A DNA stretch of 63,888 nucleotides, the filler included, from Folioceros fuciformis (taxonomy: Eukaryota): assembly GCA_049999805.1 (NCBI GenBank). It is 7 parts of 7 records of this genome, joined end to end, with 100 filler letters (N's around TTAATTAATTAA, not from the genome) between each part and the next. Parts side by side here need not be neighbours in the genome. Positions count along the whole stretch, not along the records: positions 10,225 to 20,825 come from JBNGIO010004162.1; positions 20,926 to 32,806 come from JBNGIO010004163.1; 5 more parts are not named here. One strand, 5' to 3'. Every line of letters begins with the position of its first letter. Within the stretch, counting starts at the first letter, position 1. Below the pieces are notes generated by a model, which was not told the origin of the DNA, ran no database searches, and was given only the letters and a program-made list of their open reading frames with translations. Positions 12,982 to 24,555 of this stretch are shown piece by piece. A program made the position numbers and the translations under genes.

Positions 12982-14523
12982 TCACGGTTGCTCTGTTTCC
13001 ATGTTTCGGTAGAACGTGTGAGCTTCCTGATCATGCTCGATCCAGCTTCGGCCATCTTCTTTGCAGGCGCCTTCCTTTTTTCTCAATGCTTCCACTTTCT
13101 TGGCTTCCTCCTCAAGCCCAGCATCGGCATAGATGTGTGACATGAGCATGTATGCGGCAGCATGCTTCGGCTCTAGACGCAGCGCACCAGCAAACGCGCG
13201 TTCTCCCAGCACTACGTTCCCATGCTTCCGACAGGCCCCCAGAACAGTCACCCACGTGGCTAGATCAGGCAGAATTGGCATTTTGGACAACAACTCCTCC
13301 ACTTTGCTGAAGCGTCCTGCACGCCCAAAGAGATCGATGATACTGACATAGTGCTCAATCTTGGGAGCTATACCATACTCTGTGCGCATGGATTTGAAGT
13401 ACTGGAACCCCTCGTCCACCAGCCCAGCGTGACTGCAAGCTATGAACAGAGACAGAAATGTGACTCCATTTGGCTCCACTCCCTCCAGCTTCATGTCTTC
13501 AAAACATTGGACGGCCCTCTGACCTAGCCCATGCTGGGCATATCCTGCGAGCATGGCAGTCCATGTCACCACATCTCGTGTGGCCAGCTTGTCAAACACC
13601 TCTTGGGCATCCTCTAGGCTCCCACACTTTGCATACATGTCTATGAGGCGATTACAGACAACCACATCAGTTTCCAAACCTTGATCTCGAATTTGGGAAT
13701 GAAGCTGTTTCCCCTGAAGCAAAGCTCCACCGCTGGAGCATGCCTTGAGGAGGCACAAGAAAGTTACACGGTCAGCAGGAGTGACCCCCTCCTGCTGCAT
13801 TCTTGCATACAGATTAAGTGCCTCCTGCCCGAGCCCATTGTCAGCATACCCTGCAAGCATGACGGTCCATGTCACCACGTTTCTCTTGGCCAGACTGTCA
13901 AAGACCTTGCGGGCATCATCCAAGCTCCCACACCTTGCATACATGTCCACAAGTGAATTGCCCACGAAAGAGTCTGGCTCGATCAGACTCATCGACACAT
14001 CGGCATGGACAAGCCTGCCTGCTGTCAAATCTGCTGCTGTTGCACACGCTTTCAGCACAGCCGCGAACAGGAAATTATCGAGCAGCCTTGTGGACTGCCG
14101 CATCTGCCAATACAGTTGGACAGCCTGCATGGGTTGTTCATGTTCCGCGTGAGCCAAGATGATTGCGGACCAAGAAAACGAATTCGGAGCTACCAACTTG
14201 CCAAACACGCTTGATGCTTCATCCAACATCCCATGCGATGCATACATGCGAATCAAATTGTTGGCCAAGAATCGGTTCGCCTCATATCCACTCTTGAGGG
14301 CTACATCATGCAGTCCCCTACCAACCACCAGGCTCTTCTTTGCGATGCAACTCTTGAGGACCTGATACAGGAAAAAAACTGGGACATAACACCCTCGCTG
14401 CACCCAGATGTCCAATGCCTCAACAGCCTCACTAAGCTGCCCTTCTCCAACATGGAACTCTGCTTCATAGCCTGCCGCCCTGCCATGCAAGGGGCCCGTC
14501 AATGCAGGCTCCACAGCCAAAGC
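12982..14523 (-). CDS. PLS-class pentatricopeptide repeat protein with E domain and no DYW (organellar RNA-editing factor type); true start lies upstream
   Basis: Repeated P-L-S motifs (GNSLVDMYARCGSLDDARKVFD, NVVTWTVMLAGYA, PDRVTFLCLLKAC). E1/E2 (TWVTVLGACRKHG, AAYMLMSHIYA) and a PG-box-like GRSWIE followed by an early stop. No ATG near the ORF 5' end. Confidence 0.92.
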   Translation of the reverse strand, partial: ALAVEPALTGPLHGRAAGYEAEFHVGEGQLSEAVEALDIWVQRGCYVPVFFLYQVLKSCIAKKSLVVGRGLHDVALKSGYEANRFLANNLIRMYASHGMLDEASSVFGKLVAPNSFSWSAIILAHAEHEQPMQAVQLYWQMRQSTRLLDNFLFAAVLKACATAADLTAGRLVHADVSMSLIEPDSFVGNSLVDMYARCGSLDDARKVFDSLAKRNVVTWTVMLAGYADNGLGQEALNLYARMQQEGVTPADRVTFLCLLKACSSGGALLQGKQLHSQIRDQGLETDVVVCNRLIDMYAKCGSLEDAQEVFDKLATRDVVTWTAMLAGYAQHGLGQRAVQCFEDMKLEGVEPNGVTFLSLFIACSHAGLVDEGFQYFKSMRTEYGIAPKIEHYVSIIDLFGRAGRFSKVEELLSKMPILPDLATWVTVLGACRKHGNVVLGERAFAGALRLEPKHAAAYMLMSHIYADAGLEEEAKKVEALRKKEGACKEDGRSWIEHDQEAHTFYRNMETEQP

Positions 14524-14943
14524 CTAAGAGGCCACACAAATGTGCACATCATATCGACCAGAACAGCAGCCCCTTGAAACAGATGTGGAGGCAGGAGAAG
14601 CTGACCTCTCAGACGTGCCAGTCTTGTCAATCTCATCAGTTGCAGTGGCAACCCCTCGCCGGTAGCATCCACCGACGCCAACTGACCGCAGCTGCCCATT
14701 GGGCCGAGCAGGCTGTGAGTGGGACCACCTCAGTCTGCTGTGCCTGGTAAGGCCTCTCTGCAGCGACAAATACTTGGCCAAATCTTTTCCCCTCACCATA
14801 CCACATGGATACGGCAACGACAGCGATGGGCAGGGCAATGTCGCGTTCCTGATCACTAGAATCTGCCTCCGCCTTTGCCTGCCGTGTTGCGTTTGGGTTG
14901 GTTGCTTCAGTTCCTACTTGCTTGGGGTTCACGCCAGAGGGAA

Positions 14944-15544
14944 ATGGTGCGAGGAGGCGGCCGGGCTATCCGAGCTCTCGCACAGGAGATTTCCGGTAGC
15001 AACAGCAGGACACGCGAGGAGCAGCAGGAGGAGTGGGTATTGCGAGGCGAGCAGGGTCCGCGTTCATTTCCACAACCAGTGAAAGATGCGTGCTGGGCAA
15101 AGGCGGAGGTGGTGCCCGGCCGGGACCCGAGTAGGTGGAGGAGGGACGCGTTGGGCAATCTAGTCTTCCGGAAGTTGGTGGGTTGCTCCGGCTGCCTCTG
15201 CCACGACTTCGATCACGTGATGCCCTACTCCAAGGGCGGTCCCAGCACTCTAGACAACTGCCAAGTTCTGCAAGCAGCAGCAAACCGTGCCAAGGGCAAC
15301 CGCATCCATGTCACCAACACAGAGCTCGTGCAGCAGAGTGCCTTCTGCAAGCTCAGAGGTCAGCAATCTCCATCTCCTTCTTGGCCTCACCGTACTTCTC
15401 CTCACCAGCATCTGTCGTTTCCGGTACTCGGATGTCATGATGACAGTGTTTTGTCACACAGATAGAGACATGGACATGGTGGAGCTGACTGCTTACGGTG
15501 ATGTGCGTCGAGAGAGCACGGGCGGCGGTTGCATGATACAGTAG
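14944..15544 (+). CDS. Plant HNH endonuclease-domain protein; exons 14944-15358, 15462-15544
   Basis: RSFP..VK..CW.KAEVVPGRDPSRWRRDALGN and HNH motif CHDFDHVMPYSKGGPSTLDNCQVLQAAANRAKGN. GT-AG intron 15359-15461 gives KLR-D-RDMDMVELTAYG. Protein ends GGGCMIQ*. Confidence 0.9.
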
Positions 15545-16316
15545 GATTACACTATTCAGGATCACGGAACGGATGGATTCACTTCTTGTTCATGTGCTCG
15601 ATCCTGTGCAGCCTCCGCTCTACTGCTGACGGATGGTGAAGTCATGGACGACGTCACACAAGAGGAAGCAGGACATCTCTTGATAAACTTGCTGAATCAT
15701 GTACATGTGATGAATTACAAGGCAGCCATCACCAAGGCAGGAGAACAAGAAGACAACGAGTCACGACTCTTGCAGTATCATCCATTTGTCTTCCATTGGC
15801 TGTACATAGATGAATAACCCTATCGTCCATCCATCACGAGGCAAGCTAGACTAGCCGTTGCCGATCCCCTAGGTGATGGCATACCTCGAATCTGGAACTC
15901 GCCTCCAGTCAAACAAGGAGACAGCGGCCGCAGCATTGCGCACGCGATGGGCCATATCATACCAGTCCCCAGGCGCGCGGGGAATTAGTTGAGTGACACG
16001 AAGACCCACTCATGCTCTCCTCCAATTGAAAACCGCAGCAGGAGGAGAACCCAAGTAGAGGAGAAGAAGCAGAAAAATAAGACACAGCCTGCCTGGTAAT
16101 GACGTCAAGCCAAAGCCTGGCACTGGTAGACCTGTCATCCACCCTCACAACCCGTCATCAACCCTGTCCAGGCAGATGAAACCATGTCCAACTGCACCAG
16201 GCTGAGGTCGTCACGTCAGGATCGTTCATAGCTGTGGCTAGAAGCACTTCAGGGCCGTCAGTAGCTTGAAGTAACCCACTCAGTTTGTGTGTAGCCAGAT
16301 TGCCCCTCTGCTGCTG

Positions 16317-18747
16317 TCAATCTCTCGGGCGAGCCGACCACAGAGAGCTGAGAGCCCGAAGGCGGGCGAAGTAGTCGCCCATCGCCAGCAGCCCGCGAGC
16401 GGCTTGCCGGGTTGTGAGAATTCGGTGCATATGCTGCAGCGTCTGTTGACGGAGGCTGTCGGCCTGCAGGTCACACACCGCAAATTCCACATTGCCATAC
16501 TTTTTGAAGTTGCTGCCAACATGGTGAAAGGAAGAGGTGAAGATGGCGGGCAGCCCAGCGCGTACCTGGCGGACGAAATTCTCCAGAGTGCTGAGCTTGC
16601 CCATGGCGATGGCCATCTGGCCCATGTAGTTGGCCACGTTGGGCGACCCGCCCAAGGAACCGGTGGCCAGGGTGTCGGCCAGGGACTGCTGCAGAGCTTC
16701 CATTGCCTGGGAGAGTGAGTCCTCGGCCTGTTGAGACGACTGCTGAAGGTTGCAGATCCCGAGAAGCTGCTGCTCGGTCAGCGGCTCCAGCTGGGGCGTC
16801 AAGATCTGCAGCAGCGGGATTTGGGTTGATCAGCACCCGAGGCTGCTGAAGGGAGCGGAAAGAAAGAAGACACTGGTGCTGACTTCACTTCACTGCACGG
16901 AAGTGTGGGGAGGGTCATTATGCACCTTCAGCAGCTCCGAAGGCCGGAAACCTCCCATCCACAGAAAGCATCTCTCCGCCGGCGTCTTCCACATGCCTGA
17001 GACGAGGTGGAAGACATCAGCCTTTGCAGCAATGCTCTTCAGGCGGAAGATCTCCTCGTAATGGGCCATGCCGTTCTCCACAAGTCCTCGGAGCTCGTTG
17101 TCGGTCACGTGGGCCTGCAAGGCGGCCCTGAGTTCGCACAGCTGCCGATGTTGCTCTTCCACCCACCGGGCGTACTCCATATCAAATTGCGCAGCTCCTG
17201 ATGACACTACCGTCACTTTTGTCAGCCCAGACGGCTAATACGACTGCATTGTGACAAAATGAGCACAAAAAGTGTCGTCCTGCACCTCCTGGTACACAAA
17301 AAGGAGCACTTGCCTGGGTTGATAGCTCCGTTGATGCCGTTTGCACCCAGCACATGATTCGCTTCTCCCGAATAGCCTCCTCCTCCGAGGTACACCCCCT
17401 GCTTCATGTAGCGATGCATGGCCAGTTCAGTCCTTGTGGCTATGGCATGTGGCAGGCCAGGACCAGTTCCTTGCCGACCCAAAAATTTTCTACTAAGTCA
17501 CCTGTTGTCTTGCACGCTGAAGCTCTTGCTCCAGTTGATTCAACTTGATCCGGCTGGTTTCCAGCTGCTGCACGTATTGCTGTACACGATCCCGCAAGCT
17601 TCATGATGAGGACAGGAGACTCAAAACGTTGTAGGCAAAAACAGTAGGACAGAAACGGTCAAGCGCAGGACCGGACCTTCTTTCGGAGTCTGCTTTTCCG
17701 TGCCGCTTCCCGATTTTGAGCTAAGCGCCTGAGAGCCTGAGAGAGAGAGAGAGAGGCAGGCAAGAGGACAGTAGCAACGCAGAAAATGAGATTACGATCC
17801 AAGCAAAGGAGGCTGGTAGACAGAGAAGGAAGACAGCCCATCGTCTGCTTCTCAGTACTCACTTTGGAGTCTCCATGCTTCGTGGCCTCAAGGTCGGAAT
17901 TATTGGACATTCCCTGCTGGCCTCCGTGGTGTCCGTCCTCCAGCTGAAGCACGCCAAGGCGAGGAAATGAGAGGAGATAGCGGGGCAAGAAAAGAGAGAG
18001 AGGAAGGGGAAGGAAACGCGGAGTGCCTTCACTTCACTAGGCCATGGCAATGGTGAACCCAGGAGGTAGCAAGACCGTTTACCCAGTTGTCTACCTTCAC
18101 ATCAGCCTCCAGGTCAGTGGAGGTGTCGGTGCGTGGGCTATTGTCTGCCATCCGGGAATCAGCCCAAGGCTCGAAGCGGCGGCTTGAAGGGGATTCCAAG
18201 CCTCTCCGTGAGGGGATGTACTGGACCGATCGAGAATCCGTGCTCGCTGCAGAAGGAGACGTCACCTGAGAGGACGGCTGCTGTTGGTGCTGGACACGTC
18301 AGAGAGAGCAGCAGCCAGGCATGTGAGAGAGGGGACCAGGAGCATTGCAATGAGTTGCAGTTGCAAGTTGCAGGAGCAGGCACAAAGCAGTAGAGGGAAG
18401 AGGGAGAGCAGAAATGAGCTCACCTTTGTGAGATTGTCAAAGCGGATAGGACCGGACGGCAGGATGTTGAGGGTTGGTCGGGAGGCGGAAGAACAATCTG
18501 CAGCAAAACACAAGAGACTCGAAGGTGATGAAACCAGCCCAGAGACGGCCATGAGCAGCATCACAAATCCCATATGGACGGTAGGCGAGAAAGAGAGAGA
18601 CGAAGTTCGGAGGGGAAGGCGGGGGATGACACACTTCTATCTTGGAGATCCAGATCTTCGTCCAGGTTTAAGGTGAGGGGTTGCTCAAGCTCCCAGAGGT
18701 CGTAAGCCGCTGCCTGATCCTTGGTAGTCTCCGTGGCAAGGGTCGTT
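16317..18747 (-). CDS. TGA: TGA-family bZIP transcription factor (bZIP plus DOG1 domain), clade II-like; exons 18747-18635, 18497-18424, 18265-18095, 17943-17863, 17736-17677, 17579-17502, 17398-17314, 17197-16926, 16805-16566, 16463-16317; start exon unresolved
   Basis: Motifs RPTLNILPS, MADNSPRTDTSTD, LRRLAQNREAARKSRLRKK, YVQQLE, FDMEYARW, AAKADVFHLVSGMWKTPAERCFLWMGGFRPSELLK and RLRALSSLW. Phase-compatible splice sites were found for all listed exons. Confidence 0.93.
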
Positions 18748-20769
18748 CTGAATGCAAGCACGGCAACAATGTAAGCATCGGGGGAAGAAAGCGAAGTAGG
18801 ACGAATACAGAGAATCTTGACTGGAAGCCAGGGCGGAGCCTGGTCTCCAGTTCCAGTTCCGGAATTGGCGAGAGTTGGGCAACAGAAAAGAATACGTGGC
18901 AAACAAGCAATGGAGGATGCAGGCAAGAGTGGTAGCCAGCAAGCAGGCAGGCAGCCCCCCTTCCCAGCACGTGTAAGCTCCGAGAGTGCTGGACACAAGA
19001 TGGTCAAACAATTGCGACGGAGTGACACTCTCACAACCAGCAACCCGCCCGAGACAGAAACGAACGAATTGGAACGCAATGAGCTGACCTCCCGAACACA
19101 GGAAATGCAGGCAATGGATGATCCAGCAGCAGCGGCCGCGGCAGCGGCATCGACAGCAGGAGAAGCAGCAGCAGCAGAGGTGGGGGGNNNNNNNNNNNNN
19201 NNNNNNNNNNNNNNNNNNNNNNNNNNNNNNNNNNNNNNNNNNNNNNNNNNNNNNNNNNNNNNNNNNNNNNNNNNNNNNNNNNNNNNNGGGCTTGCGAGAG
19301 AGCAGGAATTAGGATTGCAGAGCGATTACATGAGCGGCGAAGGTAGCAAAGATGCAAGGCTGTGCATGCAGTGCGCGGAGGTCGCTGAGGTCGGGACTGG
19401 AGCCGTCCGCAGCACCTTGTTATTGGCCATGAGCTCCCCGCCACCACATCCCTGATCCCCAATTCGAAGGCCCCAAGCGCGCGGTTGCGGGAAGAGTGCA
19501 GCAGCCCGGGGCAGTCCCCGGCCCGCTCCTTCCCGAATCCCCCCTTCCTAATTCCGAAAGGGGCTGAGGCCCAATCCCTCCCTGTACCCAGCACAGCAGC
19601 AAGGCGGGGGCGGGGCGGGGCGGGGCGGGGCCGGGCAATCCAAATGCAGCGCCCGGCAAGAGAGCCGATTCAGCCTCCTCCTCTTGGCGGGCGGCAGCAG
19701 GAGGAGGAGGAGGAGCGGGAGGAGGATTAGGGGCAGGGGCTCACTGGAGCAAGGCTGTGAGAAAAGAGAGGCGAAGCTTCCTGGAAAAGCCCCAGGGAGG
19801 AGGAAAGCGGGTGCGGGAGGAGGTGGAGGTGGAGGAGGAAGAGGAAGAGGGTGATGAGAAGAAGATTGGGCGTAGGCGGGAGTCGTGTTTTATGGCAAGC
19901 ACGGTGGTGGCACTGCGTGAAAGTGTGTGCGCCGGCGGCAGCGGCGAGGAGGGCGCGGGGGAGAGGCGAAGAGGGCAGAGAGCGGGAGCAGACTGTTTGT
20001 GTGACGGATGGAGGGAGGTGAGCACAATATCTAGGGGCCCCCGCGCAATCAGAGACGTCGCCCTCAGAGAAGAAGCGGCGCCTGTGATCCTCCTGCGCCA
20101 CGGACAGCCATCCCGAAGGTGACGTCGCTTTGCAGCAACAGGAGCGGCAGCAGCAGGAGGAGCAGCAGCAGTGGTAGCAGGGGGAGGCAGGCAACGCAGA
20201 CAGACAGGCAGCGCACGCAGCAGGCAGCGGCCAGGCAAGGCAGACAGGCAGGGAAGGACTAGCTGGAGACAGCCTCTTCACGGCTCGGTCTCGCGTCTCG
20301 TCCGACTTGCTTCTCCTGCCCCGGCCACTACCGTGGTGCGCCCACCTCTCCGCTCCTGCTGCTCTCTTTGCTGCTGTCATGACCATCTATCTCCCATCCC
20401 ACACACACACACTCCACCATCTCCCTCTCCCCCTCCACTACCCGCTCTGGCCTTCCTTTCCTTCCTTCCTTTACTCCCTCGTCGCCTATCCCCTCGTCGG
20501 AGGCCCGACCGGGCCGACCATCCCGCCCACTGGCTCCAGCCGGTAGCAGAGAGAGAGTGTCAGTCAAAGCAGACCCCATCCCCGGTCAACAGTCCTTCCC
20601 CGCTCCCCTGGCGTGCACTCGGCCAGGCTTAACCGGCCGGATGACGGTTGGCCCGCCGCGCGGAACGGCGCGGCGAAGCGCGCGGCGGCCGAGGAAGCGT
20701 GCGTCACGCCCGTTGCCCTGTCACGCCCACCGGGAGCCGCCGACAGGAGCGTGGCGCGAGTGAGTCGGA

Positions 20770-20789
20770 TGACGCTCGCCCGGTCGTCA
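20770..20789. promoter_or_regulatory. as-1/ocs-like element upstream of the TGA gene
   Basis: TGACGCTC-gccc-GGTCGTCA: two imperfect TGACGTCA octamers, 4-nt spacer, 12 bp between centres. Further TGACG cores at 20120, 20642 and 20702. Confidence 0.45.
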
Positions 20790-20925
20790 CGCCACTGCCA
20801 CCACACCTGGCCGCCTGTCCAGGTCNNNNNNNNNNNNNNNNNNNNNNNNNNNNNNNNNNNNNNNNNNNNTTAATTAATTAANNNNNNNNNNNNNNNNNNN
20901 NNNNNNNNNNNNNNNNNNNNNNNNN

Positions 20926-23900
20926 AGCTTATAAGCTTTAGCTTCCTCGCCATAACCAACAAAAACCAGAGGCTTAGCCCGATCATGCAGCTTCTTACGC
21001 AGCTCGGAAGGAACATAGGCGTAAGCAGGGGAACCGAAGACACAAAGATGCAAGATACTCGGCTTGCATCCCTAGATGAGCTCATACGGAGTCTTGCCAA
21101 CAATTGCAGAGGTAGTCAGCCGATTGAGGATATACATAGCAGTGACAACAGCCTCTACCCAGTAAGATTTACTCAACCCTGACCAAGCTAGCATGCTTCG
21201 TGTCATGCCCAGAAGAGTCTGATTACGTCGTTCTGCTACCCCATTTTGTTGCTGGGTATACAGAACAATGAGTTGTCTGATGATCCCTTGTGCTGTCAGG
21301 AACTATTCAAAAGAGGCATGTACAAACTCAGTACCATTGTCAAACCGCAGGCAGCGCAAGAGTTGACCAGTTTGCCGATGAATCATAGTCACCCATTCCT
21401 GGAATATAAGGAAAGTATCAGACTTTGCCTTCATAGGGTAAGTCCAGGAATAGCGACTATAGTCATCAGTGAGCGTAAGGTAATAAGAAGCTCCTCCCAT
21501 AGAGGAAACATGTATTTTGCCCGAAATGTCGGCATGCACCAGGTCTAGAACATTCATGGTTTGATAAGCAGGAGTAGTCGGGAAGGGCAACTCCTCCTGC
21601 TTAGCAACCACACATGCATCGCACAGAGGGAGTTCCTTGAAGCATTTGGGCAAGGGCTCACTGTAGCAGTCCATAGAAGACATCTTTACCAGCTTTTATT
21701 GGTTGACATGGCCAAGCCTGGCATGCCACAACTGTGATTGGACAGCTTGCGATTTCTTTGCCAGGTGCAAGCTAGGTGGACGGCAACAAACTATATGGAG
21801 TTTGTAGAAATCATTAAAGCGCACCCCCTTTGCCACTACGCGGGTAGGTGAGCCCTTAATGGTAAGAGCACAGCCGTTGGAAGTGAACAACAGATCAAAA
21901 CGGCATAATGCATTAGTTGACTTACTGATATTAAATGCTTGGCCATTGCAGGTACATACAGTACATGGTCGAGAGAAAACACATTGTTATTGGCAAGTCG
22001 GAAGGAACAAGTGCCAATACCAAGAATCATGAGGCCAGTATGAGTAAGTTCATCACCTAACAGCACTCTTTCAGTTGCACTAGCTGGTGTGAAGTTACTC
22101 ATTAAAGCCTTGTCCTTGCATATGTGTGAGGTAGCGCCCGAATTGAGGTACCAGCTGTTAGAGTCACTTGTGGAAGTGGAAAGACGAACAGTCATAACCA
22201 CAGGATGCTTATTAGAAGTGCTGGCCGGAGTAGGCCAATCCTTGGTGACGGAGTGTGCCTCAGCCTGCTTGAAGAGCTTCTTGGCTTTCCGTGGTTCACC
22301 AGATTTCTTCTTTCTGCATTCCCTTTCCCAGTGCCCTTGTGCACCACACAAGTTGCAAGACCCTGATCTCTTGGGTTGTCCTGTTTTGGCAGATCTAAAG
22401 CCATGAAAGTTTTTGTTTTTTTGTGGTTTCCCTTTTGATGCCTACAGAACTTTGTCTGTTTTTGTCCGTCTCGGGCCATGATGAGTAGCCTTGCTTTGCT
22501 CTTCTTGAAATAGTGCACCAACTACGTCTGTAAAACTAATGGTGCTTGGTTGTCTTGCAGCTATAGCCTCTCCTACATCACGGAGAGAAGCTCCGTAGCT
22601 AGAAACAAAGGGCTGATAACTCGCAGGCAAGCTTGTTAAAAGTTGAGCAACAGCATCAAGTTCACTCATGGTGGAGCCGAGTGAAATCAGCTGGGAACGG
22701 AGATGACGGAACCTACCAACAAAGGTTGCAGCCTTCTTGCCTTCCCGCATTCTCAAAGAGAACAACTCTCCACGAACGGCACATAGGGTAAGAATGTTCT
22801 TCACCTCATATGTTTGTGAGAGCTAATTCCAAATCTCAGATGCCTTGGTCAGATAAGTAACATCTGGAACCAGGACTTCATCGAGACCACTGATCAGGAA
22901 GGCACGGGCAATGTTGTTTGCATTGCCCCATCATTCCTTTTCTACATCAGTCGCCATTACGCCAGGTGGAGGCAGAGCTCTTGATACCACACTCCAAACA
23001 TTCCGCACCTCCAGAGCGGAATGCATCCTAACACTCCAAACCTCATATTTAGTACCATTAAAGCGATCTTTTTCCTTGAAATCAGTTGTGTATGCAGGTT
23101 GCATAAAATCAGTTGGTGGGAAAATAGGAGGCAGAGGAGGTTGCTGTCTTTGGGTGCCAGGCGTGTCGAGAGGAGGAGGTGGTGATGAGGATGTAGAAGG
23201 TGTAGAACTCATAGCTAAGGACGGCCGTCACTCCTTATCTCATCATCTGAGTGGGAGGGAGAACCTTCGTTCTCCAAACACCACTATTGGTTGGAAGAGT
23301 TAGCTAGCTCGCGACAGGGTAAGTAACCGCTCCTCCTTCCAACCTATTCACCACCTGGAGTGGCGTGTTTATTTGACGCTACAAGGTAGAACTAGAAGGG
23401 GCCATCGCACACGGCGATTCATAGCTCGAAGTTGCAAACCCCTCCACTCCGGTACAAATCTGTATGTCCAGAGGGCGCCACCTTTTCAGAAGCTGATTCT
23501 CGCGAATCATATGTGCTTAGGTAGCTGGGTGAAGCGCCGCGCATGTCCTTGGCAAGCAACAGTTGGCAGCTCCCAGTTTCACAGAAGAAATCTGAAGAAT
23601 CCTAGCACGGGCTGCCACCACCTGGAGAGGAGCACAGATCTTAGAAATTTGTAGATCGCAAGCACCTGCTTTGTGATCCCAGGTCCAGCGCAAGAGTCTC
23701 CCTCAGTTGACGGCTTAGGTTTTGTATATCTGCCGCAAGATTCTGTATTTGCATGCTCACTTGCTTTATGTCTTCCTTCTGTCTGATGAGGCAGAAAGGC
23801 AGTTGCCGCCCATTCGCCGAACAATTGTGCCCGAAAAGATTTGTAGGCAAGGAAGGAAAAATCTGCACAGATAGACAAAAATGTTCACAACGTTGTACTG

Positions 23901-24555
23901 GTCTGGTAGGGTGCTATCTCCTTGATGATGAAGAAGGCTCGTGCTGGCAATTGCTAATTAGATTTCGGCTTTTGGTTGATGCAGGGATTCGGCCGACCAC
24001 TGCAAGTGACTTGGTGGGCTGAAAAAGGATCAACAGCTTTTCTATAGGCCTCATTTCTTACGCGAGCCTGCCAGCACGCTCTGCGCTTCGGCATCTTCAA
24101 GGACGTAACCCTTTGGTAGCTAGTTTAATCGTAGCAGAGATCAATGCAATTTCTTTGTTGATTATCAAAACTCTAAGATTGTAGTGCAGGCGGCAAAGCC
24201 TTGCTAGGCATAGAAACTGGAAGCCATCAAAGATGATGTCTACTGGGTCCTGAGTTGAAGGTTTCGCCACTAGCGTCTGCAAATCTACAACAAAGAAATG
24301 CATTGTATAATTTAGTTGGATCAGAACCAAAGAGGCTCTGATACCATGATAAGAGTCTTCATGTGTGCTTTGAGCGTAGTAGAGGTGTAGGGCTAGCGAC
24401 ACAGCAAGTAGACTAAAACTTAATAATTATGTACGTTCCAAAAATGTATATTATATGTCAGTTGGGGTTGGTGCCCCTTCACTCTATAAGTGTAAGCAGA
24501 CACGAAACGCTATGTACTTATGTATATAATCTATCAACAATTACTTATCCTAACA
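20926..24555 (-). mobile_element. Ty1/copia LTR retrotransposon, 5' part (LTR 24555-24347, PBS, decayed gag-protease-integrase), truncated by contig end
   Basis: TG...CA segment of 209 bp followed by tRNA-Met PBS TGGTATCAGAGC (24346-24335). Gag FNGTKYEVWSVRM, zinc knuckle CNLCGAQGHWEREC, protease WYLNSGATSHIC, LWHARLGH and integrase LDLVHADISG...DDYSRY...DNGTEF. Several stops and frameshifts. Confidence 0.93.

Noticed and set aside
19485..20830. Many overlapping ORFs in the GC-rich region upstream of TGA
   Set aside because: Low-complexity, stop-poor 5' UTR or promoter DNA with GC boxes and no recognisable domains.
23783..23830. CTGATGA followed by a short stem (possible hammerhead ribozyme or retrozyme)
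   Set aside because: The required GAAA core does not follow stem II. The other CTGATGA sites I checked also fail.
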